NCBI GenBank assembly: GCA_963847445.1
Contig: CAWJZV010000002.1
Location: forward strand, 1-64,000
Reading direction: 5' to 3'
From: an uncultured delta proteobacterium
Lineage (GTDB): Bacteria > Desulfobacterota > Binatia > UBA9968
Length of the DNA stretch: 64,000 nt
The number at the start of each line of letters is the position of its first letter. The first letter of the stretch is position 1. Below the pieces are notes generated by a model that was not told the origin of the DNA, ran no database searches, and saw only the letters and a list, made by a program, of their open reading frames with translations. Below, one piece after another: positions 1-9,647 of this stretch. Both the position numbers and the translations under genes were made by a program.

Positions 1-175
1 CAAAGCCGTATTTGGCGAAGAAGCCGCGTTCGCGCGGCGCCCACAGCGGGCATACCCGCGCGTTCATGGCGGCATAGGCGATGACGAGTTTCTTGCCGGC
101 TGCCGCGGCGAAAACACTTTCTGGAGCAGTCAGGAAACCGAACACTAAGACGATTGCCAGGATCAAACTCGCCAT
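1..175 (-). CDS. ABC-type substrate-binding protein (NMT1/SsuA-like), N-terminal part, runs off window
   Basis: Manual translation MASLILAIVLVFGFLTAPESVFAAAAGKKLVIAYAAMNARVCPLWAPRERGFFAKYG: signal peptide plus GFFxKYG motif; GGAGG upstream. Confidence 0.75.
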   Translation of the reverse strand, partial: MASLILAIVLVFGFLTAPESVFAAAAGKKLVIAYAAMNARVCPLWAPRERGFFAKYGF

Positions 176-243
176 TGGGCCTCCCGTCTCACGGTCGAAA
201 GAATTCGCGCCACGAGATTGCTCACGTTGCTTCGGAATGACGC

Positions 244-1335
244 TTACAGCCCCAGTCCCAATAAATTGATCGCGTTTTCGCCCAACACCTTGCGCTTGTT
301 GTCTTGAGAAATCTTCGTGCTGTTAGCCACCGGACCGGTCACCTGTCCCGGCACCGACGAGTCCCAGTGTGGCGAATCGGTCGCCAGCACCAGCCGGTCG
401 CCGCCTAAATACTCCACCGCCCACTCGAACAGCCCGTCCTCGAATGGCTCGCAGCCGACGAAGACGCTCTCATTGAAAATGTCCGTTGGTTTGCGTTTCT
501 GCCAGGGCACGAGATGGGGCAGCTTTTCGAAGTGCTCATCCATGCGCGACAGCCACCAGGGCATTTGCGAGGCGCCGGTTTCGAGACAAATGATTTTCAG
601 ATTGGGATGCTTCTCCATTACGCCGCCGCACAGATAGATCATCAAACAGACCATGCTCTCGATGGTGCGGCCGACCATATGGGAAAAGAAAAAATTGTCG
701 GCGAAGCGTTCATGGCCCATGGAGCCGGTTTTGGTATCGTGAAAGATGATCGGCGTATTGGTCTTCTCCAGCTCGTCGAAGATCGGATCGAAGTGCGGGT
801 CAGACCATTCTTTGCCAGGGATCGGCGTCGCTTTGACGTTGAGCGCCTTGCTGCCTAACTCGCGCGAGCGATGCAGCTCTTTGATCGCTTCCCTGGAATC
901 TTGCAGCGGGATCACCCCGGCCCACATGAGCCGGCCCTTTTGCTGCGACGCGTACCAGTTCATGTAATTGTTCTGCGCCCTGGCGTAGGCCGCCGCAAGC
1001 TCGGGATCGTCGGCGAACCAAAGAATGTCGAGTGCCGGAGAGTTGGGCGACAGCACGGCGACATCGATGCCGTCCAAGTCCATGTTGCGCACGCGCCCCT
1101 GCGGCGTCAGATCGGCGGGCGTCACCCATTCTTTCTTTTCGGCTTTTTGCCGGCCAAGCTCGGAGCCGATCATGATTTGATTGCCGACCAGAGTTTTGCG
1201 CCGCTCGTTGTCCTTGGTCGGCAGCTTGCGCGGCAGGTATTCTTTATACCTTGCTTCGATGGTTTGGTCCCAGCTCTCCAAGTCGCCGACTAAGTGGCTG
1301 TCAAGATCGATCACCTTCATGCCGTCGATTGCCAT
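244..1335 (-). CDS. Amidohydrolase_2 family metal-dependent hydrolase/decarboxylase
   Basis: 363 aa; IDLDSH, MDLDGIDVAVL, LETGASQMP, ATDSPHWD, KVLGENA motifs. Confidence 0.9.
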   Translation of the reverse strand: MAIDGMKVIDLDSHLVGDLESWDQTIEARYKEYLPRKLPTKDNERRKTLVGNQIMIGSELGRQKAEKKEWVTPADLTPQGRVRNMDLDGIDVAVLSPNSPALDILWFADDPELAAAYARAQNNYMNWYASQQKGRLMWAGVIPLQDSREAIKELHRSRELGSKALNVKATPIPGKEWSDPHFDPIFDELEKTNTPIIFHDTKTGSMGHERFADNFFFSHMVGRTIESMVCLMIYLCGGVMEKHPNLKIICLETGASQMPWWLSRMDEHFEKLPHLVPWQKRKPTDIFNESVFVGCEPFEDGLFEWAVEYLGGDRLVLATDSPHWDSSVPGQVTGPVANSTKISQDNKRKVLGENAINLLGLGL

Positions 1336-1363
1336 AATTCCTCCTGCTATAACCTTCCGTTGA

Positions 1364-2390
1364 TTATTTGACTCCAGACTTTACGCCGAATTGCTGATCG
1401 AGGAAACCGCTTTTCTCAAACTCGCGCATGAAACTCTCGTCGATCAATTTTTCGAGATTGAGTTCAGCGATCTTGGGATTGCGCAGCTTCATGAAACGTT
1501 GAATGTTTTTCAAACCGTCGAGGCCGACGTAAGGCTTGCGCACGACACCGCTGACGTAATCTTCGTAGCCGTCGGCGGCGGCGCTTTGGTCTTTTATCCC
1601 AAGCCGTTTGGACAGAATCTCCATGGAGCTGCTCTTATTGGCCGGATTCAATACGTAGGCGTGGCCTTCGACCAAACTGCGCAGGACACTTCTCGCGATC
1701 GGCGCGTGATTCTGAAGATAATCGGCCTTGAGCACCAATCCCGTGCCTGTGAGTGCAATCTTGGCCGGCTCGCCGGGAATCCAGTAACCTTTCCTGGCTA
1801 GCGTCCGACTAAATATACCCGCCAACGCCCCCCCCTGGATCGTTCCGGTTTCGAGGGCGTTGCTGATCACCCGTTGGTCGCCAAAGGATGACAAGCTGCA
1901 TCTTGTCGCGCTCAACGTTGATGCCGATCTGTTCGAGGACCAAGAGCGCCGACATCCAGCCGGTGCCGCCGATACTGGTGACACCGATGCGCTTGCCCTT
2001 CAGATCCGCGGCGGTCTTAATCTCTGGCCGGGTCACCAGTTCACTCTGCACCCGGTCGGCGAAGGCGGCGATCACTCTGACATCGAGTCCCGCCACCGCC
2101 GCACCCAAAGTCGCGGTGCCTCCGGTAAAGCCAAAATGGACATCGCCGGTGTTGAGCGAAGCGATCAAGGTCGGCGAACCTGGGATAAAAACCATCTGGG
2201 CATCGATTCCGTTCTTGGCAAAGAACCCTCTGTCCTGGGCAGCCCACAGGGTTAGCACGACGGAACTCATCGAGGCGTGGCCGATGACGACGCGCGGCCG
2301 GCTTTGAGCGTTGACCTCACCCGGCGCCTGCGCGGAAGCGATCAACAATGAGACCAAGAGCAGTAGTTTGGCTAGGTTAATCATTCTCAT
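1364..2390 (-). CDS. NMT1/SsuA-like ABC substrate-binding protein (one frameshift near 1880)
   Basis: ORFs 1809..2390 and 1364..1984 join; signal peptide, GFFAKNGID, ADLKGKRIGV. Confidence 0.8.
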
Positions 2391-2460
2391 CGGATAACAA
2401 ATCGCTCATGGGGCGTCAAACGTCACGGCGTTTTGCGACAGTTAACCAGACTTAAGCCTT

Positions 2461-3438
2461 TCACAGCCCCAGTTCTTTCTGCGCCTGGCGCACATAGCTG
2501 TGGTCCGCGTACCGATCGGGTGTCGGCAGCGGTTCTTTGAGGATGCCGTCTTTAAACTGGATATCGATATTGGCTTTCAATCCTTCGATTGTCACCGAGC
2601 CGTCGATGGGAAACACTTTATTCTTAGTAAAATAATCGACGCCACGCCGAGCGTAGGGCGGCTTGATGCCCATCTCCGCGGTGAATAAGTCGGCGGCTTG
2701 GTCCGGGTGTTCGTGGATCCAGCGCAGCGAGCGGATATGCGCCTTCAAGAAGCGCACTACGTTGGCGCGATTTTTCTCCGCCCAGGATGGATTCACCGTG
2801 AGGCCGTTGAATTGATAGGTCGAGATGACGTCCATGGTGTCGCCCAAGCGCGTGAATCCTTGGTCGACGGCGATGTCTGAATAGGGAAAACCCAACACCG
2901 CGCCGGCGATGGCGCCGGTTTCCAACGCGGTCAATCGGCTCACCGTGCCACCGGAGATCACGGTCAAGATAAAATCCCGTGGGAAGAACAGCCCCTTGCT
3001 CTTCAAAAACTCAAGCAAGATCGAGGTCGCGCCGCCGCGCAAGCTCGACACGCCAAGGCGCGCGCCTTTGAGGTCTTCGACCCGTTTATAGTTCTTGCCG
3101 CCGATGAGAAAGTATGGCGCGGCGTTGTCGACACCGGCGACGACCTTGAGAATGGCACCTTTCTCGGCGACGGCGATAACGCTGTCGGCGTTGAGGGTGC
3201 CGAAATTGATTTCGCCGCTGAGCAGCGCTTGCAGATGAACATCGGTGCGGCCGATGAGAATCAGTTCAACCTTGACGTTCTCTTGATTGTAAAAGCCGCG
3301 TTTTTGGCCGACGTAAAACGGCAAATAGAAAAGCGTCTTCGAAGTCATGCCGACTTTCAGGCTTTGGGCGTCGGCAGAAGCATGTAATAAGCCGATAGCG
3401 AAAGATATCGTCAAAACGACGGTTAGGATTCGTTTCAT
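2461..3438 (-). CDS. NMT1/SsuA-like ABC substrate-binding protein
   Basis: 325 aa; signal peptide, KRGFYNQENVKVE, EDLKGARLGV, C-terminal QAQKELGL. Confidence 0.88.
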   Translation of the reverse strand: MKRILTVVLTISFAIGLLHASADAQSLKVGMTSKTLFYLPFYVGQKRGFYNQENVKVELILIGRTDVHLQALLSGEINFGTLNADSVIAVAEKGAILKVVAGVDNAAPYFLIGGKNYKRVEDLKGARLGVSSLRGGATSILLEFLKSKGLFFPRDFILTVISGGTVSRLTALETGAIAGAVLGFPYSDIAVDQGFTRLGDTMDVISTYQFNGLTVNPSWAEKNRANVVRFLKAHIRSLRWIHEHPDQAADLFTAEMGIKPPYARRGVDYFTKNKVFPIDGSVTIEGLKANIDIQFKDGILKEPLPTPDRYADHSYVRQAQKELGL

Positions 3439-3577
3439 CGAGAAAGGATCCTCCTACCTTTGATCGTTGACCGCTGGCCGATACTATCCGGCCCCTTAGC
3501 GCGATTACAACTAGAAAAAGTTAGCTTGACTTTAAGTGACCAGTGGATGTATGCGCAACTGCGAAGGGAAACGAATC

Positions 3578-4543
3578 ATGAAAAATTATCTCGCCGCCGC
3601 GATCTTAATCGGGTTCGCATGCATCGGGGCAGTCAACTCGCGCGCTCAGGGCTATCCCAAGCAGCCGATCAACCTGATCATTCCCCTCGCCCCCGGTGAC
3701 GCCACCGATGTCGCCGGGCGAACCATCGGCGAAGGTTTGGCGAAACTGCTCAAAGTCCCGGTCGTGGCGGTGAATCGGCCTGGCGCGGGCGGCACCATCG
3801 GCACCGACAGCGCGGTGAAGGCGCCCAAAGACGGCTACACCATTCTCATCACCAACAATGCCTCGCTGGTCTTCAATCGCGTTCTCACGCCGGAGGCGGT
3901 GCCATACGATCCCTATAGAGATCTGACGCCGCTGGGCATGGCCGCGCGCACGCCGATCATTTTGGCGGTGCACAAAGACGCGCCGTTCAAAAATTTTGCC
4001 GAGATGATCGACTATGGCAAAAAGAACCCTGGCGGTATTCGTATCGGCACCGTCGGTCCCGGCTCGGTCGGCCATTTCACGGTCGAGATTGTCAATTCGA
4101 TCAGCCCGGCCGATATGACGATGATCCCGTTCAAAGGCGCCGGCCCAGCCGTGACCGCCGCCTTGGGCGGCCATATTGAGGGCGCTGCCGCGGCTCAGGG
4201 CGTCGTCGCCGAACATTTGAAGGCCGGCACCATGCGCGGCATCGTCGCGTCGAGCAAGATGCCCGAGTTTCCGCAGATCCCGACGCTCGCACAGCTCGGT
4301 TACAAACAAAATCTTTTAGGAGTCTGGTCGGCGTTCTTCGCGCCTGCCGGAGTGTCAGCGGATGTGTCGAAAATACTGATCGCCGCCCTGGAGAAAGTCA
4401 TCAAAGATCCCACCGTGGCAACGCGCCTAGGCAACCTCGGCATGGTCGCGGATTATGAATCGCCCGACAAACTGACAGCTGAAATACGCGAAGAACATCG
4501 CGCCGTGGAACAGATTGCCAAGAAGGCTGGATTGATTAAATAG
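3578..4543 (+). CDS. Tripartite tricarboxylate transporter substrate-binding protein (Bug/TctC family)
   Basis: YPKQPINLIIPLAPG, NRPGAGGTIG, APKDGYT, PFKGAGPA motifs; ATG at 3578 gives a signal peptide. Confidence 0.9.
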   Translation: MKNYLAAAILIGFACIGAVNSRAQGYPKQPINLIIPLAPGDATDVAGRTIGEGLAKLLKVPVVAVNRPGAGGTIGTDSAVKAPKDGYTILITNNASLVFNRVLTPEAVPYDPYRDLTPLGMAARTPIILAVHKDAPFKNFAEMIDYGKKNPGGIRIGTVGPGSVGHFTVEIVNSISPADMTMIPFKGAGPAVTAALGGHIEGAAAAQGVVAEHLKAGTMRGIVASSKMPEFPQIPTLAQLGYKQNLLGVWSAFFAPAGVSADVSKILIAALEKVIKDPTVATRLGNLGMVADYESPDKLTAEIREEHRAVEQIAKKAGLIK

Positions 4544-4586
4544 CCCTAACTGCACCGACAGGTTCACGATTCAAAAAAAGACCATC

Positions 4587-4630
4587 GCCTAACAGCGATT
4601 CAACCTGCATAGGCGCGTTGAATTCTAATT
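4587..4630 (-). repeat. Partial attC/attI-like site (R' box GTTAGGC plus inner hairpin, no clear R'')
   Basis: Minus strand ATTCAAC-GCGCCTATGCAG-GTTGAAT-CGCT-GTTAGGC. Confidence 0.4.
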
Positions 4631-4641
4631 CGTGACGACCG

Positions 4642-4716
4642 TCACAGACTCAGCGGCTTCACGGCATTCTCGACGAGGATTCTCTGCTTCTGTTCGGCGG
4701 TCAGATTAGACTTCGT
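4642..4716 (-). pseudogene. Remnant of an amidohydrolase_2 3' end
   Basis: Translates TKSNLTAEQKQRILVENAVKPLSL*, like C-termini of intact amidohydrolases in this window. Confidence 0.55.
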
Positions 4717-4766
4717 GGTTGTTCGGGTTCATGTTTGGAAAACAACCACCATCGCAAATGCCAGCC

Positions 4767-4825
4767 GTCTAACGGTTTGGGTGAGAGGCCGCGGGCCGCC
4801 ACGGCCCTCCACCCGGTGGTTAGCT
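4767..4825 (-). mobile_element. Integron attC site (59 bp)
   Basis: Minus strand AGCTAAC-CACC-GGGTGGAGGG...CCTCTCACCC-AAACC-GTTAGAC; imperfect palindrome with bulges; upstream gene's TAA stop lies in the R'' box. Confidence 0.85.
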
Positions 4826-4993
4826 TCCGGTAGGTTTTAGCCGCAGCTTGGGTGGACGAGATACGACCGGGTGATCGGAATCCTTTTCTTTCTTCTTCAG
4901 GTCGGTACAGATCGCCGATAAGTCATAGTTGAATTTTGCCGCATGGGCTTCTCTTATCTTGCGAACTTCATCCACGATGGGATCTGATTTCAT
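4820..4993 (-). CDS. Small (57 aa) partner of PIN protein, putative antitoxin
   Basis: MKSDPIVDEVRKIREAHAAKFNYDLSAICTDLKK...; ATGA overlap with PIN gene stop; not in the ORF track. Confidence 0.7.
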   Translation of the reverse strand: MKSDPIVDEVRKIREAHAAKFNYDLSAICTDLKKKEKDSDHPVVSRPPKLRLKPTGS

Positions 4994-5469
4994 GGCTCAC
5001 CACCTCCTAACTCTTCGGGTGAACAAATCACAGGGCTCTCAAACCCTGCCGCTTCAATGATAGTCCCGATTCGTGCTTTCATCTCGGCGTTGTTGATATG
5101 GCGGAAGTTCCAAGTCAAGAGAAAATCCATCCCGTGCACGGTTGCCAGTGAAATATGCAGCGCGTCTTCGGGACTCGATAGAGGTATCGCTCCTTCCTCC
5201 AACAGGCGTTTGCCTAATTGTTCGGCAGCGTCGTTAATCTCCAAAATGGGAAGCCCCGATATGGCTGCCAAGCGCCTTTGAGCTGCTTCAGTACTGCCGC
5301 TCTTCGCCTCCTCCACCACGAGTACCGAGACGTAAAGATCAAACCTGTCTCGGGCGTCCTGCCACCATTCTTGCGTGAGGGTCTGGCGGGCAGCAGTTAC
5401 GATATCTCGACTCGACCGAGCTGTGTAATAGCTAATGACCGAGGTTTCAACGTAGACGGAAGACGGCAT
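4990..5469 (-). CDS. PIN-domain (VapC-like) toxin
   Basis: VYVETSVISY, EDALHISLATVHGMDFLLTWNFRHI, ICSPEEL motifs. Confidence 0.85.
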   Translation of the reverse strand: MPSSVYVETSVISYYTARSSRDIVTAARQTLTQEWWQDARDRFDLYVSVLVVEEAKSGSTEAAQRRLAAISGLPILEINDAAEQLGKRLLEEGAIPLSSPEDALHISLATVHGMDFLLTWNFRHINNAEMKARIGTIIEAAGFESPVICSPEELGGGEP

Positions 5470-5503
5470 GACTAGACGTAGTGTATCAACAACGATTCTC
5501 CGA

Positions 5504-5583
5504 AGCTAACGCGAAGGCTGAGCGGACGAGGCCAGCGAGCAAAGCGAGCGGGCCGCAGATCCGTTTCAAGCCGTTGGTTAGGC
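5504..5583 (-). mobile_element. Integron attC site (80 bp)
   Basis: Minus strand GCCTAAC...GGCTTGAAACGGA...TCCGCTCAGCC...GTTAGCT; its R' GTTAGCTTC complements GAAGCTAAC at the end of the next cassette. Confidence 0.85.
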
Positions 5584-5635
5584 CTCTCTGCATGAAGTTA
5601 CCATACTTCAATGTCACCACGGCCTCTAAAGCCAA

Positions 5636-6157
5636 CTAATAGCGAAGACGGAGGAGGGTTGGTGGACCGTCGGCCTTTGGTGCCAAGACAAATAGATTGT
5701 CAAACTTAGTTTCCGGGATTTTGACCTCCACCGGATGTCCGAAGCCTTTGAGCAACGCCGGAACGGTAGTCGAATGGCTGACAACCAACACGATGTCGCT
5801 CCGGTGCTCCTTTCGAAGAAACTCCACAAAAGCGTCAACATCGCTCTGTTTGAACCGCACACTAATTTGGTCAAGAGGCTTCGGTTCAATCCGCAGCGTT
5901 TGTGCCAGTGGTTCTGCGGTTTTGATCGTGCGTTCCAGATTGCTAGTGAATATAGCCTTAATGCCAGTGTCCTTCAGAATCGTCGCCAGTAGCGCCGCAC
6001 GCCGCTGCCCAGCTTCCGATAATGGACGGGCATCGGCGCCTTTCGGTGCTACAGTTTCGCCGTGACGCACAAGAAAGATCGCTTGCTGCGCGTCAGCTCT
6101 GTAGCCAGAGGTGAGGAATAAGGCAACCACGACCAAGACGATTATGCTTTTACTCAT
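5636..6157 (-). CDS. Exported histidine phosphatase superfamily protein (SixA/PGM-like), gene cassette
   Basis: Signal peptide, IFLVRHGE, RTIKTA, VLVVSHS; GGAGG before ATG 6157. Confidence 0.85.
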   Translation of the reverse strand: MSKSIIVLVVVALFLTSGYRADAQQAIFLVRHGETVAPKGADARPLSEAGQRRAALLATILKDTGIKAIFTSNLERTIKTAEPLAQTLRIEPKPLDQISVRFKQSDVDAFVEFLRKEHRSDIVLVVSHSTTVPALLKGFGHPVEVKIPETKFDNLFVLAPKADGPPTLLRLRY

Positions 6158-6241
6158 TGTCTTTCCTCCAAATGCAAAGCCTCTCATGGTTTTGACCGAT
6201 CTGCTGTGATGGATTGTTGTGCGCGCCGCATTCGCTTTTAG

Positions 6242-6301
6242 GCCTAACGTTTTGGGTGAGAGGTGCGGTCCGCCGAGTCCTTTTCAACCCAATGGTTAGG
6301 C
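6242..6301 (-). mobile_element. Integron attC site (60 bp)
   Basis: Minus strand GCCTAAC-CATT-GGGTTGAAAAGG...CCTCTCACCC-AAAAC-GTTAGGC; similar to the 4767 site. Confidence 0.85.
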
Positions 6302-6366
6302 AACGCGTCAATCATTGACGAGTTTCCGAAAGATCTCGTGCGCACGGGAAACGAGATGAAAGAAAC

Positions 6367-7323
6367 TTACTTCCCCTTGATCCCAAGCTCCTTTTGAGCC
6401 TCTTTGAGAATCATGAAATCCGCAACATCGCTAAGCAAAACCTGGCGTTGGACGTTGGCAGACATTTTGGCCTCATCAATGAGTAGACGGAGTCCCTCCT
6501 CGGGCATGCTTCCATCGTTACTAAAGGCTTTCGAGGTGCTTTCGTAGGTGGCCGTGGCCATCTCTTTATCGATCTTCAGCCACTCCATTATAAGCTGAAT
6601 CGTCCCGTCGCGATTTGCCCTGATGTAGCGGTTGGCCTTGATACCTGCCTTGATCACGCGCTTGGTCTCATCCGGTCTTTCCCTGATTTTTTTCACACTT
6701 GCTGTTAAGCCAACAGCAGGATAACTGAAAAGTTCGTACGCTCTGGCAAGCACAACAAACCCCATCTTCTTGCCCAGAAAATCAGACGGTGACGTGAGCG
6801 TAGCGGCATCGGCCAATCCTTGCTTCATAGCAAGAAAGCGGGATTCAGTGGCGCCTGCAGAAAGGAACTTTACATCTTTGTCCGGGTCAAGGCCAAAATG
6901 TTTCATGACCATCTTTCCTATGACATGAGGGGCACCTCCGAAAGGGCCGACCGCTATCGTCTTTCCCCGAAGCTCCTTGACCGCTTTAATCTCCGGCCGG
7001 GCAACGAGCATATAAGGAGAGCCAGGCACGTAACAGGCCAAGACCTTGATCGGAATTCCTCGGATCGCTGCGGTGAGCACAAGGGGAACGGTGGAATTAT
7101 AATCGATTTCACCATTGACTAACGCCGCTACGGGAACGTTGCCCCTCATCAGGATAATCTCCGCTTCAAGGCCCTCCTCTCTAAAAAAGCCTCTCTTCTG
7201 TGCCACAGGGAAAGTTAGCTGTGAGATAGTCGGGCCAGGAATCGCGATCCTGATGTTATCTGCTGCCTGGACTGAGGCTTGAAAAGCAAAGATTGTGAGA
7301 AAGAGTATAAAAATCATAGGCAT
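6367..7323 (-). CDS. NMT1/SsuA-like ABC substrate-binding protein within a gene cassette
   Basis: KRGFFREEGLEAE, KELRGKTIAV, EAQKELGI; bounded by GTTGGGCA (7354-7347) and TGCCTAAC (6302-6295). Confidence 0.85.
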   Translation of the reverse strand: MPMIFILFLTIFAFQASVQAADNIRIAIPGPTISQLTFPVAQKRGFFREEGLEAEIILMRGNVPVAALVNGEIDYNSTVPLVLTAAIRGIPIKVLACYVPGSPYMLVARPEIKAVKELRGKTIAVGPFGGAPHVIGKMVMKHFGLDPDKDVKFLSAGATESRFLAMKQGLADAATLTSPSDFLGKKMGFVVLARAYELFSYPAVGLTASVKKIRERPDETKRVIKAGIKANRYIRANRDGTIQLIMEWLKIDKEMATATYESTSKAFSNDGSMPEEGLRLLIDEAKMSANVQRQVLLSDVADFMILKEAQKELGIKGK

Positions 7324-7347
7324 TAGAGACCCCTTAGGCCTGGCACT

Positions 7348-7432
7348 GCCCAACCTATTATTAAGTGACCCGTATTAGGCGGCGAAAAATGCCGGTCGGC
7401 CTATCTCCTAAAACGGGTCAACTAATTAAATC
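7348..7432 (-). mobile_element. Putative attI or decayed attC at the head of the array
   Basis: Minus strand ...TAGTTGACCCGT...ACGGGTCACTTAAT-AATAG-GTTGGGC; AT-rich, core site with 5-bp spacer. Confidence 0.5.
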
Positions 7433-7534
7433 CGAAATAATTGCAATTCTCACCAGCTACCCCAACTTGTCAACATTCCGCTCGCCGTCAAACACCGCCG
7501 GTTTCGGCGGCCTATCTCCCTAACTCCCCGCGGC

Positions 7535-8022
7535 CTATCTCGGCCAGCGCTCGTTGGCGCCGAGGATAAATCCTTCATCCACCGATACGCCTTCTCGATC
7601 TTCAGCGCTCGGGTGTGGCACCAAAGAAGTTGGGTGTGATAATAAGGTAGGATCGTGCGAGTGACGGTCCGGCCCGTGAGCGGCGGAAGATTTGGATAAT
7701 GCCTCAAGGAGCTTGCCATTCCGGTCGAGACCGTTTTCCTTGCGGTGCTTTGCCCAGCGCTTCTCCAGTGACTTAGCTTCCGCTGGACCGACAATGCCGA
7801 AACGACCAAGCGCGAATATGATCGCTCGAACCGAGACCCTCGGCGGCACCTGCCGAGTGTGCGTCTTGCAAACCGGGCACCACATCGACGGAGGCCGATG
7901 TTCCGCGATGTCCGGATTTCTTCAAGCATGTCATCCAGGCGATCACGGAGGGTGAAGACCTGCTTCCATGACAATTCCGATTTCCACTCTTGACGGAGCG
8001 CCTCGCCCATTGAGCTGGGCAA
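7535..8022 (-). CDS. Hypothetical protein with CxxC motif (frameshifted or decayed)
   Basis: LRQEW..LRDRLDDMLEEIR in ORF 7450..8022 continues as MWCPVCK..VSVRAIIFALGRFG in ORF 7535..7885. Confidence 0.5.
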
Positions 8023-8182
8023 GCCTTACTCCAAACTGGCCCGGCCCGTCAAGCGCTGTTTAGACGGGGATAAGAATCAAGGTCGTCAAACACTCAACGT
8101 ACCTAAAAAAAGCGCCGCATGAGACAGGCGAAGTCTCAGCGGTGCTTGGCGCGAAATTTGTCGGCGACTAATTGTCTGACGA

Positions 8183-8500
8183 TCAGAGATTCAGCAGCTT
8201 CGCCGCATTGTCACCGAGGATTTTATCTTTCTGCTTCGCCGTCAAATGTTTTCGTGCGCGGAGTCGCGACACGGTGTGGGGGCATTGCTAATCGAAGTGC
8301 GGATTTTCGGTGGCCATCAAAATATGATCCTCGCTGAATTCCTTGAGCGACTGTCTCATATCACCTTCGACCGCGTCGCAGGTCACATAGCAGTTTCGCT
8401 TAACGTGCTCTGAGGGCGCCATTTTAAAGTCGCGAAGATCTGCGAAAAACCTATGGTCCACTCCCAGTCGTCGTCCACGCTCGGCGCTGCCGCAGTGCAC
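8183..8500 (-). pseudogene. Amidohydrolase_2 C-terminal remnant (copy A)
   Basis: [62 protein letters not shown] with in-frame stop. Confidence 0.7.
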
Positions 8501-8513
8501 AGGAATTTAGCCG

Positions 8514-9129
8514 TCAGCCAGTCGCCAACCCCTGCTTTTCCAAAAACGCGATGACTTCCGCAACGCCCTCGCCGGTTTTCAGATTGGTAAAGACAAACGG
8601 TTTGTCGCCGCGCATCTTTTTCGCGTCGCGATCCATCACTTCGAGCGAGGCGCCGACCAACGGTGCGAGGTCGATTTTGTTGATGATCAACAAGATCGCT
8701 CTTGGTGATGCCGGGGCCGCCCTTACGGGGAATCTTGTCGCCGGCGGCAACGTCGATCACGTAGATCGTCACATCGGCCAGTTCGGGACTGAAGCTCGCC
8801 GCTAGGTTATCGCCGCCCGACTCGATAAAAATCACATCCAGATTGGCGAATCGGCGGCACAGCCGGTCCACCGCTTCGAGGTTGATCGAGGCGTCTTCGC
8901 GAATTGCGGTATGAGGGCAGCCGCCGGTTTCAACCCCAAGGATGCGCTCGGCCGGCAGCGCCTGGTGACGCACCAGGAACTGGGCGTCCTCTTCGGTGTA
9001 AATATCGTTGGTGACCACCGCGAGATCGTAGCGCTCGCGCAGGGCGCGGCAGAGCGCGAGGATCAGCGCGGTCTTGCCCGAGCCGACCGGCCCGCCAATG
9101 CCGACGGAGAGAGGTTGCGAGTTTTTCAT
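8514..9129 (-). CDS. ureG: Urease accessory GTPase UreG (one frameshift near 8700)
   Basis: [53 protein letters not shown]. Confidence 0.92.
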
Positions 9130-9137
9130 ACGAGTTC

Positions 9138-9610
9138 TTAGGAACGAAACAACCGCGAATATTGGCGTCTCGTGCCGGCTCGACAGTAGCGCCAAGCGCG
9201 GTGTGAACGTGCCGATGTCGTCGTCGCTAACTGTCGACGCCAGGGCCACGACGGCGGCGAGACGGTCGCCGATGGCGAGCAGCATCCGTTGTCCGTCGGT
9301 TTGTCCCAGCGGCACAATCTTGAGCGCAGCCATAACCTGATTCTCCGCCCATGACCAGAGATAGGCCGAAAGCGCCGCCGCCGGCGGTAGGTTCCACGAG
9401 CCCACGGCTAATGCGAAAGCGCTGGGAAAGGAAACCTCACCGCAACTCGTTTACGTACGTAAGCGCATCTGCATCGATGCCGTCCAATTGGTTCAACAGC
9501 CGCGCCAGTGAGAATCCCATCTGCACCGTCTCGGCGCGCAGCTCGGCAGTCTCGCGGCTGGCGAAAAATAAATCGTTCCAATGTTGCACCGTGGCGAAAT
9601 TTTCCGACCG
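9138..9610 (-). pseudogene. ureF: Urease accessory protein UreF, 5'-truncated, with indels
   Basis: [49 protein letters not shown]; the N-terminal portion is absent. Confidence 0.8.
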
Positions 9611-9647
9611 GCGTCCGTCTTTATCGTCGGATACTCTGGGGGAGGTT

